A program made the translations under genes and the position numbers. A stretch of DNA of 60,779 nt, counting the filler, from Porpidia crustulata (taxonomy: Eukaryota), in assembly GCA_964255105.1 (NCBI GenBank). It is 3 parts of 3 records of this genome, joined end to end, with 100 filler letters (N's around TTAATTAATTAA, not from the genome) between each part and the next. Parts side by side here need not be neighbours in the genome. Positions count along the whole stretch, not along the records: positions 1 to 20,205 come from CAXUWE010000124.1; positions 20,306 to 40,504 come from CAXUWE010000125.1; 1 more part is not named here. One strand, written 5' to 3'. Positions 10,879 through 22,440 of this stretch are shown piece by piece. The number at the start of each line of letters is the position of its first letter. The first letter of the stretch is position 1. Below the pieces are notes generated by a model, which saw only the letters and a list, made by a program, of their open reading frames with translations, ran no database searches and had not been told where the DNA came from.

Positions 10879-12514
10879 CTTGCTTTGAACGTTCCTTTCT
10901 AAACAATACTGTAAGGAAAGTTCAGGACAAATGAGAGACTCGTTCACGGATTGTCCAGGAGCGTGCTCGAAAGGCGAAAAGGTTGGGATACTGGGGAGCA
11001 AGACGTGTGTTAAGAAATGAATTGTGTGTGCGAAGTGAAGCTGACAAGACACAGGATGTACAGGATGAAAGAAGCAAAAGATATGTACAGTGAAGTTTGG
11101 AAGGAACGATTGGGATATAAATGAATACTCCCGAGCAGAATCACGACAGAATGGAAGATGCGGAGCTTGGGCGGCTTGGTCGTAACGAAACTGGTGGGGC
11201 AAAAAGTACGCCAAGCCAAGCGTTGCGACTAATGGCCTCCTTAGCGCATGATCCTAGTGGACGAACCACTTTAAAGCTTGTTTAAAGTTGGCTAAGCGGG
11301 CCGGCACTTTCTTGAAGTCGGACTAGTTGCCAAAATTTATCATTGCAGACTGAAAGCACACAAGAATCCATATCAGGTACACTCGGAAAGTAACAGTGGT
11401 TAGTGACTGTTGTTGTGGTCTTTCCGATCTTCATCCATACACTCACTGTGCTATCGACAGATATACTTCTCATAGCTGTTCATTTCCAAGGCGTGCAAAT
11501 GGACCGGCAATTGCGCCATTCTCTCAAAAGCTTACCCCGCAAAAGCCGTTGTGGCACCGGAAAAAAAGCAAGCGTAGGAAGCACTACTGCAGCACATCTC
11601 TGCATCAAAACCATGCAGAAGTCGCCATCCATATGGATTACCATAATTCAGGCCTTAACACGACATCGGATATTTCTCCGAGCGCTAGTCTATTTTTGCT
11701 TGGAGAAAACTACTATTGGGTAGTCTACACTATCGTGTTGAATAAGGTTGATCTGTATGCATCGGTATCATAATGAAGACAGTCAGACTCGCTGTCGCTT
11801 CGGGTGCCGCAGTCGAGCGTTTTATGACATTGGGGTTTAGGCCGTCCGATCTATCAGGGCAGTGCGAAGACGCTTGAGTCTGAGATCAGATGTATTTGTG
11901 AGATATGAAGTCATCTACCTTCGCTATCACTTGTCCAAAGGTCTCATACCAACACGTGGACACGTGGAATCTGAAAGCTTGTAGTGACTCAGTCCAAGAG
12001 CAGTGAATCTCAACGTCTGTACCTTTTGAGTAGCACATGGACATATGTGCGAATGCTAGTCCGTCAATTAAATATAGCCTCGACGTTTTTCAACTCGACT
12101 CATCGTACCTCAGACGCCAGGCAGGCAAAGGATGGTTTGACCCGAAAAGGAGTCAAAGTACCAGCCTGCCCTTCACAAAAGCCTTAATCACTCATGCCCA
12201 CACAACTGAGCCGGGAAACTCACCATCGAGGTTCTCGCAATGGTCTCCGCACTCCGTGCTTTCATGAATCGGCCCTGCGTTTCGAGAGCTGAATTGCTGA
12301 CCGATCGGTATTCTAACTCCAGAGACCGCTCTGCTAATCCACGCATTGTCGGGCCTTGATGATTAGATGAACAAGTAAAACCAGGATAGGAGAGAACCAT
12401 TGAACGAGAGGGGACAAGATAAATTGGCGGCATCTTTGGCCACTGAGCTGTTAGGAGGAAAACCTATCCTTGGATCCGCTTCCATTGATGTTTGTCTGGT
12501 GTGGTACCAATGTC

Positions 12515-13280
12515 TCAACTCAGTTTTTGTAAGTACCCCTGAGTGATCAATCGTTCGACATCACCTTGCCTCACAAAGAATTGACTGTTCTTCGTCAACG
12601 TAATCGCTCTATGGATGCAACGTCAGTGTTAATGCTCGTGCAAACGACTTATGGCCGACTTCACCCGTATTCAGTCTGGATCTCGCCAGCATCCTTTAAT
12701 ACCCGTACATCGATGAAAAGGTCTCTCGGAGGCTCAAGACTCCCCGTCAAATCAATGTCTGTCCACTGACCCTTATATGCGGCAAGCATGTCACTGTACT
12801 GTCTCACATACTCCTCCTCTTCTGGACTCAGAGAGCTCTGGTTCCCCGCTTCTGAGCCCATACCAGCTCTTTCTCCTCCGCCAGACCCTCCCACTTGCTG
12901 TTGTGACTCGATATCTGAAACATCATTCCCATTCCAGCACATCTCCTCTAGTTTATCTGAGCGTACCCTATGATAGGCGAGCAAACATCGTTTATTACGG
13001 CGCATGCATAGGTGGTTGACAAGGACAGAGCAAGCCGTAGCTGGTTCAGCAGAAGGATTAAAAGACCCTTCGAAAGGAGCGAGGATGCTCGAGACGTCTT
13101 TATCCAGGTCACGAACCTCACGAGTCATGGATCGGACGATTTCGGTTTGATACGGTGGCAGGTACGCCAGAGCTTGTGTCCTTTTGGCATGTTGTACCTA
13201 CGCCCAATTCTCCTTAGGAAACAATGCATCATCAGAAAACAAGGAGCGCATACCAATTTGTGACCCAGATCTCCGTACAT
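12515..13280 (-). CDS. PSF1: GINS complex subunit Psf1, ~217 aa; exons 13280-13254, 13197-12665, 12608-12515
   Basis: MYGDLGHKLVQHAKR...MRRNKRCLLAYHRVR...DIDLTGSLEPPRDLFIDVRVLKDAGEIQTEYGAITLTKNSQFFVRQGDVERLITQGYL. Confidence 0.96.
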
Positions 13281-13978
13281 GTATATGTAGCGAGAGCCGC
13301 CGTTTGCGAGTTCACAAAGTCACTCAGGGTAATATGCTCCAATGATTGATCCACGGAATGAAGATTGCGTGGAAACGTAAGGTGTTGGAGTAAGATACCT
13401 TGATGTGATATTGAAAATTACACACTAGAGTAGTGTAGCCTGATTTGCAGCCGCAGAGGGACTGCGAGGTAGCTGCTTCCAAACTTCCCGAAGCACTGCT
13501 TCTGTCGGACTGTTGCAGGCATAGAAGGTAGAAGGCTTCCATGATAGAGCCCATTGTCCATTCAGACACGACATTTCCTGCAGTTATCCACAATCGGTAA
13601 AGTCTATTGTGATACTTGTTTGTGACCTTTACAATAACATTGTATCGTAACACTTCTATCATCGCCTGTTCTATCTATGCAGATTAAAAGATACCACAGG
13701 CTCTTTTCAAGTTTAAGCAGTAGGTATGTATTGACGTGCTTCCTGAAATACATGAGTGCTCCATCCGGGTATTTGCCATCAGAATCTGGCCGCAAAAACG
13801 ATGGAATGTCAATGCGAAGAACCAGATGGGAGCTCCAACAATACAATAGTATAAAGACGCAATAAAATGAAAATTAATTGGAGCATCAATTATCGAAGAA
13901 GAACGCCGCGAATGTTATATCCGTCTACCACACCACGATCGGAATGCTCCGTCCACCATCTCACAGATATCTTTCATT

Positions 13979-15843
13979 TTATCTGTTATTGTGCTTATCC
14001 ATAAAGTCATCAAAATCATCCAACACTCCCTCACCGAGACCAGGGTTACCTCCGGATTGCCATTGGTCGCTTTCCATACCGTGTGGAAACCCATCTGCAT
14101 GGTGGTTCATCTGCGGAACGACGCCAAACAGTCTTGCTTGATCTTGATCATCCAGTCCACTATGCTCTCCTGCAAAACCATTTGGGTGGCTGGAGTATTC
14201 GTTATCATAAGCTAGGAGCAAAGGATCGACTTGAGTGTCGTTCATTGCCGCAGAGCTCTGGTCGAAGATCTGCTGGCCAAGCAACTCATAATGATGAGTG
14301 CCAGGAAGGCCGACCAGAGGTTGTGCGCTGCCATACTGCGTATTTGGAGTTTCCGTCTTCCGGATCACAACGTCTTCAACGTTAGATCCCATTGAGCTTG
14401 GGAAGGTGTTGGTCTGGTAGTACTGATTATAGAGAGCATTGACGTCAATCTGCTTTGGGAGCGCCTTGCCTGGATTGGTATATTGGTAAGAAGACCTGTT
14501 CTGCCCCATGCTAGAATCGAAGCCTCTCATACCAAGGTCTTCAAGCGATGTGTTGCTTGATGGATAGCCGGCTTCGTGGCTAGAAGCTTTACTCCTCTTC
14601 GATCTCGCTCTTTTACCGTTTTTCGGCCGCCATTCAACGTCGGGATCATCGAGACCACTTGGCTCTTCCTCGTCGATGTCCTCCGAGCCACCTTTCCGTT
14701 TCCTCCCCGAAGTCTGAGCCTTGCTAGGCGAGAACTTGTATCCTGGGTGTGCCTTTGCGTGATTGTCTCGCTCAATCCTTGCGTATTCGCTGTATTTGTC
14801 CCTTATCTCGGGTGGTTCTAAGGGCCAGCTCTCTCCCGACACGGATGAAACGACCTGATGATTGTTTGCCACACACCAATGTTTTGTCCTGTCTGCATAC
14901 GCCGATCGATACAACATGAACGAATTCATCGGACGGGCAACGTAGCCTTGGCGTTTCTCGACCTCTGCTCTTCTGACTTCCGCTGATCTATTCACCCATT
15001 TGTGCATATCCCTCACTTCGACCTCGTCCATATCTTTGGTCAATTCACTCAATGGAGCATTGATTTTTGGCGTTTTGGCTTTCTCGCCTTTCGGTTTTGT
15101 TACTCTTTTGGGTCTTGAGGGGTTGGTGGTGCGCGACCTCTCTTGGCTATTTCCCCTAATGATTTGCTTTGATCCATTTGATGCAACAAGTCTTCCGTTT
15201 CCTCCCAGTCTTGTAACTCCACTACTGTGGTCTGAAGTCATGGGCGTTGGAATATCGTATGTGTAATAGCCTTCTTCTGGGTAATGCTGCATCGTGTGTG
15301 TCAGCACAATCAGTCAAGTGGATGCGAACATATATAATCCAATAGGAAACAATGGTGATTGTCATAGGACATAGACAAAGCCAAAGGGGGCTATTGATGA
15401 ATAAAACAGGAGGGAAAAGCTTTGAAGAACACAAAGGAACACAAAGAATGCTAGATGATAAAAGAAGGAGGCAAGGATTTGGCACGATTCGCTCTTTGAC
15501 TTACAGATTGTTGTGGAGGAGGATGACCGAGATAATCGCCACCTGGACCCGAATAGTATACAGGATTGCCATAGCCAAGGACTATGTCTTGCTGGTCACT
15601 GAACCCGGCTTTATAATGGCCTCTACCGTACGTGTCAGCCCCCAGATGACCTGGTTCGGGAGAAGTGAAAGTGGTGTTAAAGTTGGACTGGAAGTAAGTT
15701 CCACGCTCCACTGCGTATGGATCTGGGCGGTATTGTGTGGCAGCATTATGTTCCATCAGACTGTTGAAATCTTGCGGTATTTCCCTACTTTCCGACAAAG
15801 GAGGCGACGGAGAACCATGTTTGACCATAGCTGACGAAGACAT
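13979..15843 (-). CDS. MATA_HMG-box transcription factor, probably Ste11/FMF-1/PaHMG5-like, ~548 aa; exons 15843-15505 and 15286-13979
   Basis: HMG box RPMNSFMLYRSAY...NNHQVVSSVSGESWPLEP...ERDNHAKAHPGYKFSP, preceded by a PLSELT...WVNRSAEVR block. A 218-nt intron (GTAAGT...GCTGAC...CAG) joins the two ORFs in phase 0. Subfamily assignment is from memory and less certain than the domain. Confidence 0.85.
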
Positions 15844-18811
15844 TTTTAATCCGCCAGAGTAGCGAAGAATTAAAAGATGTCAAATGCTGGGGGACGACCC
15901 TTCGATTGTGGATTTATCCGAAGCTGATGATTCAACTGAGAGGTATTTCTGCGTTTTCCGAAGGTGCGCCTGACGAAGCCGAATCTCAAATCCCAGTTGG
16001 AGAGTCTTATACACGACCATCCAGAGCGGCAGACCTGTTGGCGTTGTACAGTGATGGCTTGATGACCCAGTCTTTTGCTTCCTTTACAAATCTGCTGTCG
16101 TTGGTGAGAAGGCTGATTGAGAATATAGATGGGCTTCAACCGGAGCAGAGGTTTTCTTATCGTGGCGCCAAATTTCAAGGCTAGGAGCCTGGAACCTGTA
16201 TAGCAAGCAAGAGCTGTTTGATCTCTGGTACAATCTGGTTCTGCAATTCTTGGTGGTCTTCTGGAAGACCTGCAAAGAATTGGATGATCTTTCTATGCTG
16301 TCAACAATCCATCGGGAATCGTGTGAGATATCTACAGCCTAGAAGGATGGATTTAGTTTGTCTTTTCTTGGCTGCATGTGCAGACCATCCGACAAAAGAT
16401 GGAACGAACCTCTTGCGGCTACCTGCTTGCAGTCCGCATTTGATCCAGCTTCAACAGTTTCCGGAAAGCGGACTGAGGCAAGCGGCGCCAGGTACCTAAA
16501 GTGTTTCCAATCGCTTACGCTTGTGGAAGCAATGTAGGTCTCAATGCGACCCCAATCGTGATTGCTATTCTTTGTTGATGTTTACGGACGAAGAGCTGGG
16601 GGACACGTGATAAGAAGAAAAGAGGTTGCAAATGCAAAAGTCATCTCTGTCAATATTAGATACGGCGGGGGGCAGAGCATGGTAAAAGGTGAAGGTTGCT
16701 GAAGACTTTCTGCTTTACTTATGAATGCATCACCTTCAGAGGCACACTACCTGCAATATCAGTCAAGAGCTTCTAGTCCATATCCCAGGGCCCTGGAGCT
16801 TCGCTTGGACCACTTTGACTTCATTGGCTCGTTCAGCTTGGGATTCAGCATGAGGATGCGCAGCTCGTTACACGCAGCGGTGAAAGATCCCATGATGGTT
16901 CTAGTGTGCTCTCACGATGAACACGGAAACGGGGGCATGCTCAACTAGTGTGACGCTAACAGTTCAAACTGTCTTACTCAGAGCTCATGTATCAACACAG
17001 CCAACTATAAATTCGGACGGGTACGGCTTTCCAGCTCTGCCCGCCCGTTCGCAGATCACCAAATTACCTACCTACGATCAGCCCAGTGACATTTGGGCTG
17101 GCCACTGCACGCAGCATGGTACCTTAAGCCAAAATGGAGACTCAGGACTGAGTTTAGCGATCACCTCCACATTCCTCGCTTCCAAATCCAGGGCTCAGAA
17201 GCGCCAACAAGATTCAGGAAGCAAGCCGATACGCTCCTCTAGCCGCCCTGCAGCAGTAGACAGGACCAGTGGAGATGTTATCCTTGCAAACGCCCTGGCG
17301 GACGAAAATACATTAAGCGGATAGATACAGTATCGATCCGGTCATTTGGGAAAGGCCCCACGCTGTTTGAACGACACTTGACGATCGGTTATCCCCAGAG
17401 CGTAATCTATTTGACAGACCCGAGTTTCATACTATTCTTTGAGGACTTTGGACGCAAGTGATGGAGTGTGTACCTCGGCTCATCAGGTCTGCTAATATAG
17501 CTGTGTAGAAGAACTTCATGACTTGCCACGACAGATATGAGCCATTTCTGTTCAAAGTCAAAACTTGACAGCTGCTCGGGGTCCGGCGAGGCCGATGGTC
17601 TTTCTAGATGTGGTTGAACGGTACCGACAAGGAATGTTGATGTTATGAGACCGGTGCTAGCCAAATGCGTTCATACTGTATAAGCGCCACCGTTGGTTCC
17701 GCCTTGAAATCACTCATGCTCGTAGCACATATCGAAGATACTAATACTTAAGGTAACCAGAGTATGGCATTGCTCTCAATATTTTGCTCACTATCTAAGC
17801 TTGGGTTTGTCCACCCGCCAATCAAAGCAGCGAATGGAATGATTCCGCGTGAGAACCATGGGAGCGTCCTGTGTATATTGCTCAGGCCTGTAGTACAATA
17901 GCTTGACACGAGTATTACTATGGCATGTCTTGTGGATTATTCATGCTGACCAACACGGAGAAAGCAGATGGACGACCTGACGCCACAATGCTTTCTGAAG
18001 TCTGTCGATAACCCGCACAGCCTGAAAAGGGACAGGTTGCGAATTGAGCACCGCTTTGCTGGATTCTCTGCATAATAGAATGTATCCCCCATGTGCCTTC
18101 AATTCGGATTTTAACCATTGGGGATCTGGAAAGATTTCATATCTGTTTCTTCGGATCCGGTCATAGTGGGAATTCTCTGGGGTATAACTCTTCATTGCGT
18201 CCTTCATATCCCTGGAGTACTCTTGATATGTTAGAAATTCATCTTAATCAATATGATTCTGATTGAATAGACAACTGATTACTTATGCCATAGCCCGAGC
18301 TTTCTGTCAATTAAGGTGGCGAAGTGTTGGAAGAGATCTACTGAGTTGTAATTGGCATGTGAAATATAGCCGAAAGGGATCAGTCAGACCCTTGCAAGGC
18401 TGCGGAACATTATGCGGCCCGAGACCGCGCCATGACGCCGATTTCTGACAGGGGTCAGAGGGCACTGAGCGGAAGGTGAGGTGAGTGGGCGAGCTTTTCT
18501 CAGCAGCTCAGTTTACTGTTCATTTACTACATGTAGTCCTTCTCGAAACACGCATCTCACCTCTCTCACCAACAGTGCCCATGAAGCTTGTAGTCAGACT
18601 CTATATAATTAACAGAACACTCGCTCTTCACAGCATTCGCGCCAGCCCGTGCGAGGTGCCCGACCTTACCACCAATACTTCCATGATCCACAGCGCCTTT
18701 AAGCGCTGATAAAGCCCGATCTGGTAATTGCTAGGAAGTTTGGAACGACATTGAAGCTCTGCTCCCATTGTCGCGAGCTGTTGCGCCACTTGACCTACGT
18801 TGCGATTCGCC

Positions 18812-20205
18812 ATGGCAGCCCAAGCTGCCCTCATCGCTGAGACCGTAGCTGGAATGAAAAGGACCATCTCAGGTCACCAATACTGTGAGAGATCTTTGCG
18901 GAATCTGTCATTGAGGGGCGTGAGCTAATAAACCCTCTTTGCAGCATCTGACTCTGATGATGTGTACCTGCAGCCAACAAATCGCGGTAATAAGCTCAAG
19001 CGCAAAGCGCGATTGCTAGGTGATGGCCCCAGGAACTACAAGAAGGTAAAAACCTGTTGCATGGGCGGTGGACTACGAAATTATTCCTGACCGATTGCGC
19101 AGAAGGTCGAGCACGCCGGCTACTATCGCTCAATAATCAAGAGAAACCCAAGGCGCTACGATGAAGATGGTGAAGAGCTTGACGATGAAGACGAAGATTC
19201 GCAAGCAGATGCAGACGCAGCTCTGCGAAACCCGTATTCGGATATTAAGCTAGAAGGTAGAAATCCAGAAGCTTTGCCTGATCGATGCCCGATCGACTAA
19301 CCAAAATGTCGTTCAGAACTTCTCGCACCCCTAACCTCCGCCGCTAATTTACCCAATCATCCATCGCTGTCAATTCCATACACAACGACTATCCTAAGTG
19401 ACATGGCACAGCAAGCATGTGAGATGGTACATCGGGAGAGGAAGACGCTTTGGACTGTAAAGCAACTATTGACGAAGCTGCGTGGGGACGAAACATGGAT
19501 CGCTTGTGGAGACTTCGATGACCCGGAGGTTGACGAGGTTGTTTTCGGGACCGCATTTCTTTACAATGGAAACGGCGCCACTGGACCGCGTGGAGGTAGC
19601 GCGCAGGGCTCCGAGCCAATAGCGGGCAATGGCAAGGCATCGGCGCGACCTCGAAATGGTGCTGCAAGTGAGGAGATTGGGAACGTTCCACCTGAGATCA
19701 ATAATATTTCTGGTGCCATAACCCAGGAAGAATTTGATAGAGTTCCCGAGATCGAAGCAAACCAAACGAATATGGACGATACTACAATGTATGATGGGAT
19801 CAACGTAGATGAAGAAGAGGTTCACGATCATACCACCGCTGCGGAAGGCAATGAGGGTAATCCACCTACGCTGGAAACTGGCGGCAATTCCAGCGAAAGT
19901 GCCACAAAAGTCAAAGCTCCCACCGAAGATCGAGAGCGACCCAACGTTGTCGATGAAGTCCAAGGAGCCGGTGAACCAAACCAGATCACAGTATTGGAGA
20001 CTGATCAGCAACATCAGACCTCGGACCTTGCAACAGCTAATATCTTAGCTTTACCGGTAGAATCAAGTACGGATCCCACCGTTGCTGTGGGCGCCGAAAA
20101 CGACCACCCCATGACCGATCTTCCACCACAAGAGCTCAACAACATCTCCGACCCCACATCGACCACAACCACAACCATGCCACGCCCCACTACCGATCCA
20201 AGACC
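18812..20205 (+). CDS. RXT2: Rxt2-like subunit of the Rpd3L histone deacetylase complex, 3'-truncated by the contig end; exons 18812-18884, 18945-19045, 19103-19256, 19317-20205+
   Basis: MAAQAALIAETVAGMKR, TNRGNKLKRKAR, NPYSDIKLEELLAPLTSAANLPNHPSLS, KQLLTKLRGDETW match the RXT2 N-terminal domain; three canonical introns. Confidence 0.85.
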
Positions 20206-20305
20206 NNNNNNNNNNNNNNNNNNNNNNNNNNNNNNNNNNNNNNNNNNNNTTAATTAATTAANNNNNNNNNNNNNNNNNNNNNNNNNNNNNNNNNNNNNNN
20301 NNNNN
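20206..20305. other. Artificial contig linker (N44-TTAATTAATTAA-N44)
   Basis: 100-nt spacer with stop codons in all six frames; identical to the linker at 40505-40604. Confidence 0.98.
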
Positions 20306-20776
20306 GAGGGGGTTAGCGGATAGGAAGAACGAAACAATGGGGATGCGAGGAGGGAAAGTTGCGATTTTTGGATCGGACAGGGAACAAAGTGCAAGACATC
20401 CGCCACGATCTCGCCGACGTTGAAAGTCGATGTTTCGCTCAAACGTTCCCAAGTGTTAGCAGACGTGGCAACGACATGACGATTTACCACAGTATCATAA
20501 CAATCGCTCAAACACACAAGCTCTGCCGCTGCCTTACGTCCCAGCGACGAAAAGTTCGAGTTGGAAAAGTGGAAAAGCATTGGCTCGATCAAGGCCGGAC
20601 GGCTCCACGGGAAAACCCGATTTCTATCCTGCCGTCCAGCTCCCATGGTCGCAACAACGGACTACCCCCCATCCCTTCACCCACAGACGCCTGATCGCTC
20701 AAACGTATACAGCCCCAATTGGAAAATCCAGCAAAATGTTCCCTGGCTTGCCGAGCAAAGCTTCTTCGACTCGGCC

Positions 20777-22440
20777 TCATGCCGTCCTCTTCAAAATGAA
20801 GACCCCGACTTCGATCCCCTCCCGCCGCGCGTTGTGATTCGCGTAAGCCCGGGACCCGACCCCGTCCAGTATCTCCCTCACCAACGTGCCCGCGGTGATG
20901 TCTCGCTGAGGAAGCCGGATTGCGCGTTGGAAGTACCGATTCATCGTCTCCCGGATACGCGTGGCTTCTTGGTGGACCCACCAGCTCGCCCATACCGCTC
21001 GATCGATCTCCACCTTTTCGCACCGTGCAGCTTCCATGGAGTACTTCGGGACGGAGCGACCGAGACTGCTGCCGCGGCTGAGCTTGCGTAGAAGGATCTT
21101 GATCTTGTCCGAAGTTTGGCTGTAAGACAGCATGTGATCTACCACTGCCATTTTACCAACGTCTGCACCCAGATCTGCTGAGAGGCCGTGAACTCCGACC
21201 ATTGTACGGAGTAGGGGATCAAGTAGAGGGCCTAGGTATTTGGATGTGAATGTATTGGCGCCACTGAGCGTAGGGTATATGAAAATCAGCCTTCCACCAG
21301 CTGAGCTGAGCTCGTACAAACGGTCGACTAGAACAGAAGGACCATCATTCGAAAATAGGTCGAGGTATTCCGAGGTGGTGGTGGGTGGAATGAATCGCTC
21401 GAGGATCGATACTCCGACGCTTGATGGTGCAACGACGGGACGGGGTGAGGAGGGGTAAGAAGTATTGCTAGCGTTCTGGTGATCCACCGCAATGACTGCT
21501 TTTGAATATACCCCCAGCGAGAAGTAATCGCCACCGTCTGTTTGACTTGGGGTGCCTACAGGGCTTGTTGGTAGGTGCGCCATGTCAAATTTTCGAGGAA
21601 CGGCATGCGTGACTTCTATGTAGCGGTCGTGGTTTGGCTCAACATTAGTCTGTAGTGCAGTGATGATGGGAGTGAAAGCTGTAGGCACGTTGTTCACGTC
21701 TTCTGACAAGGGACATGGCTGCGTATGGCAAAGCACATTCAGTACGTTGCTAGTTCCCTTGGCAGACGCAACAGCGGACACTACTCAGGTCAGTGATATC
21801 TCATGTACTTAGCAGGGACATCCAGCATACCGATTGCTTCCGCAATTGTTTCGATCCAGCTTGGAGGCTCCGGTGCTTCATCGCTGCCAGATGCAGAACC
21901 TTGATCATCTTTCGTCTCCTTTTGCTCCGCAACCTGAGGCACTGCAGGAGCAGGCGCGACATTACTATGCCCTTCACTTATAGAATCACTCAAACTTGGT
22001 GCTTCTGGCATTGTGGCTTGTGAGTGCTCGCCAGTGGCTTCAGTGGAAATTCGGTGAAGAGGCGGATCAGACCATACTGGATACGATGGATGCGATGGAG
22101 TCCAGTGTATCAAGCTAGCTTCGTCTGGTGGTGTGAGAAGGGCGTCTGGATACATTGGTGTAATCCCTAATGACTTGAAGGATGGAAGTCGTAAGTGTTG
22201 ACGCATTTTCACGCTGGAGGGTACGGACAGCGAGCGATGCGTCGCCTTAGCTTGTCCAGCTTGACGACCCAGCGAGAGGTCCTGTCGTGTAGACGTCTTT
22301 GGCCGCAGATGCGGATCTAGTAATGGCTCAGCATCATAGGGTTTGTTCTTCACCTGAAGGAAAGATTCCTCATCAGTCGACGGTGAGGGCCATCCTCGCG
22401 TTTTCGGGGCCGTGCTCTTGACCGTAGATTCAACGTTCAT
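20777..22440 (-). CDS. Uncharacterised fungal protein, ~537 aa (alternative in-frame AUG at 22557); exons 22440-21831 and 21780-20777
   Basis: Two long ORFs joined in frame by a 50-nt GTATGC...TAG intron. Disordered N-half (RLPSFKSLGI, LLTPPDE) and globular-looking C-half (YIEVTHAVP, ILERFIPP, SVLVDRLYELS, GIEVGVFILKR). Start codon uncertain. Confidence 0.8.

Noticed and set aside
13979..15843. HMG-box gene as mating-type MAT1-2-1
   Set aside because: No intron within the HMG box, the flanking genes are PSF1 and RXT2 rather than APN2/SLA2, and the protein is longer than typical MAT1-2-1.
17941..18245. Protein-like 88-aa minus-strand ORF between the HMG and RXT2 genes; similar short ORFs at 13324-13846, 6635-6922 and 28508-28690
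   Set aside because: No recognisable domain or consistent splice structure; length is within chance expectation.
20250..20261. Palindrome TTAATTAATTAA as a biological element (also at 40549-40560)
   Set aside because: Sits exactly mid-way in N runs at both places; it is an artificial six-frame stop spacer.
22041..22062. GGAAATTCGGTG resembling an RNase P RNA conserved region
   Set aside because: Lies antisense within a coding exon, and no partner conserved region was seen.
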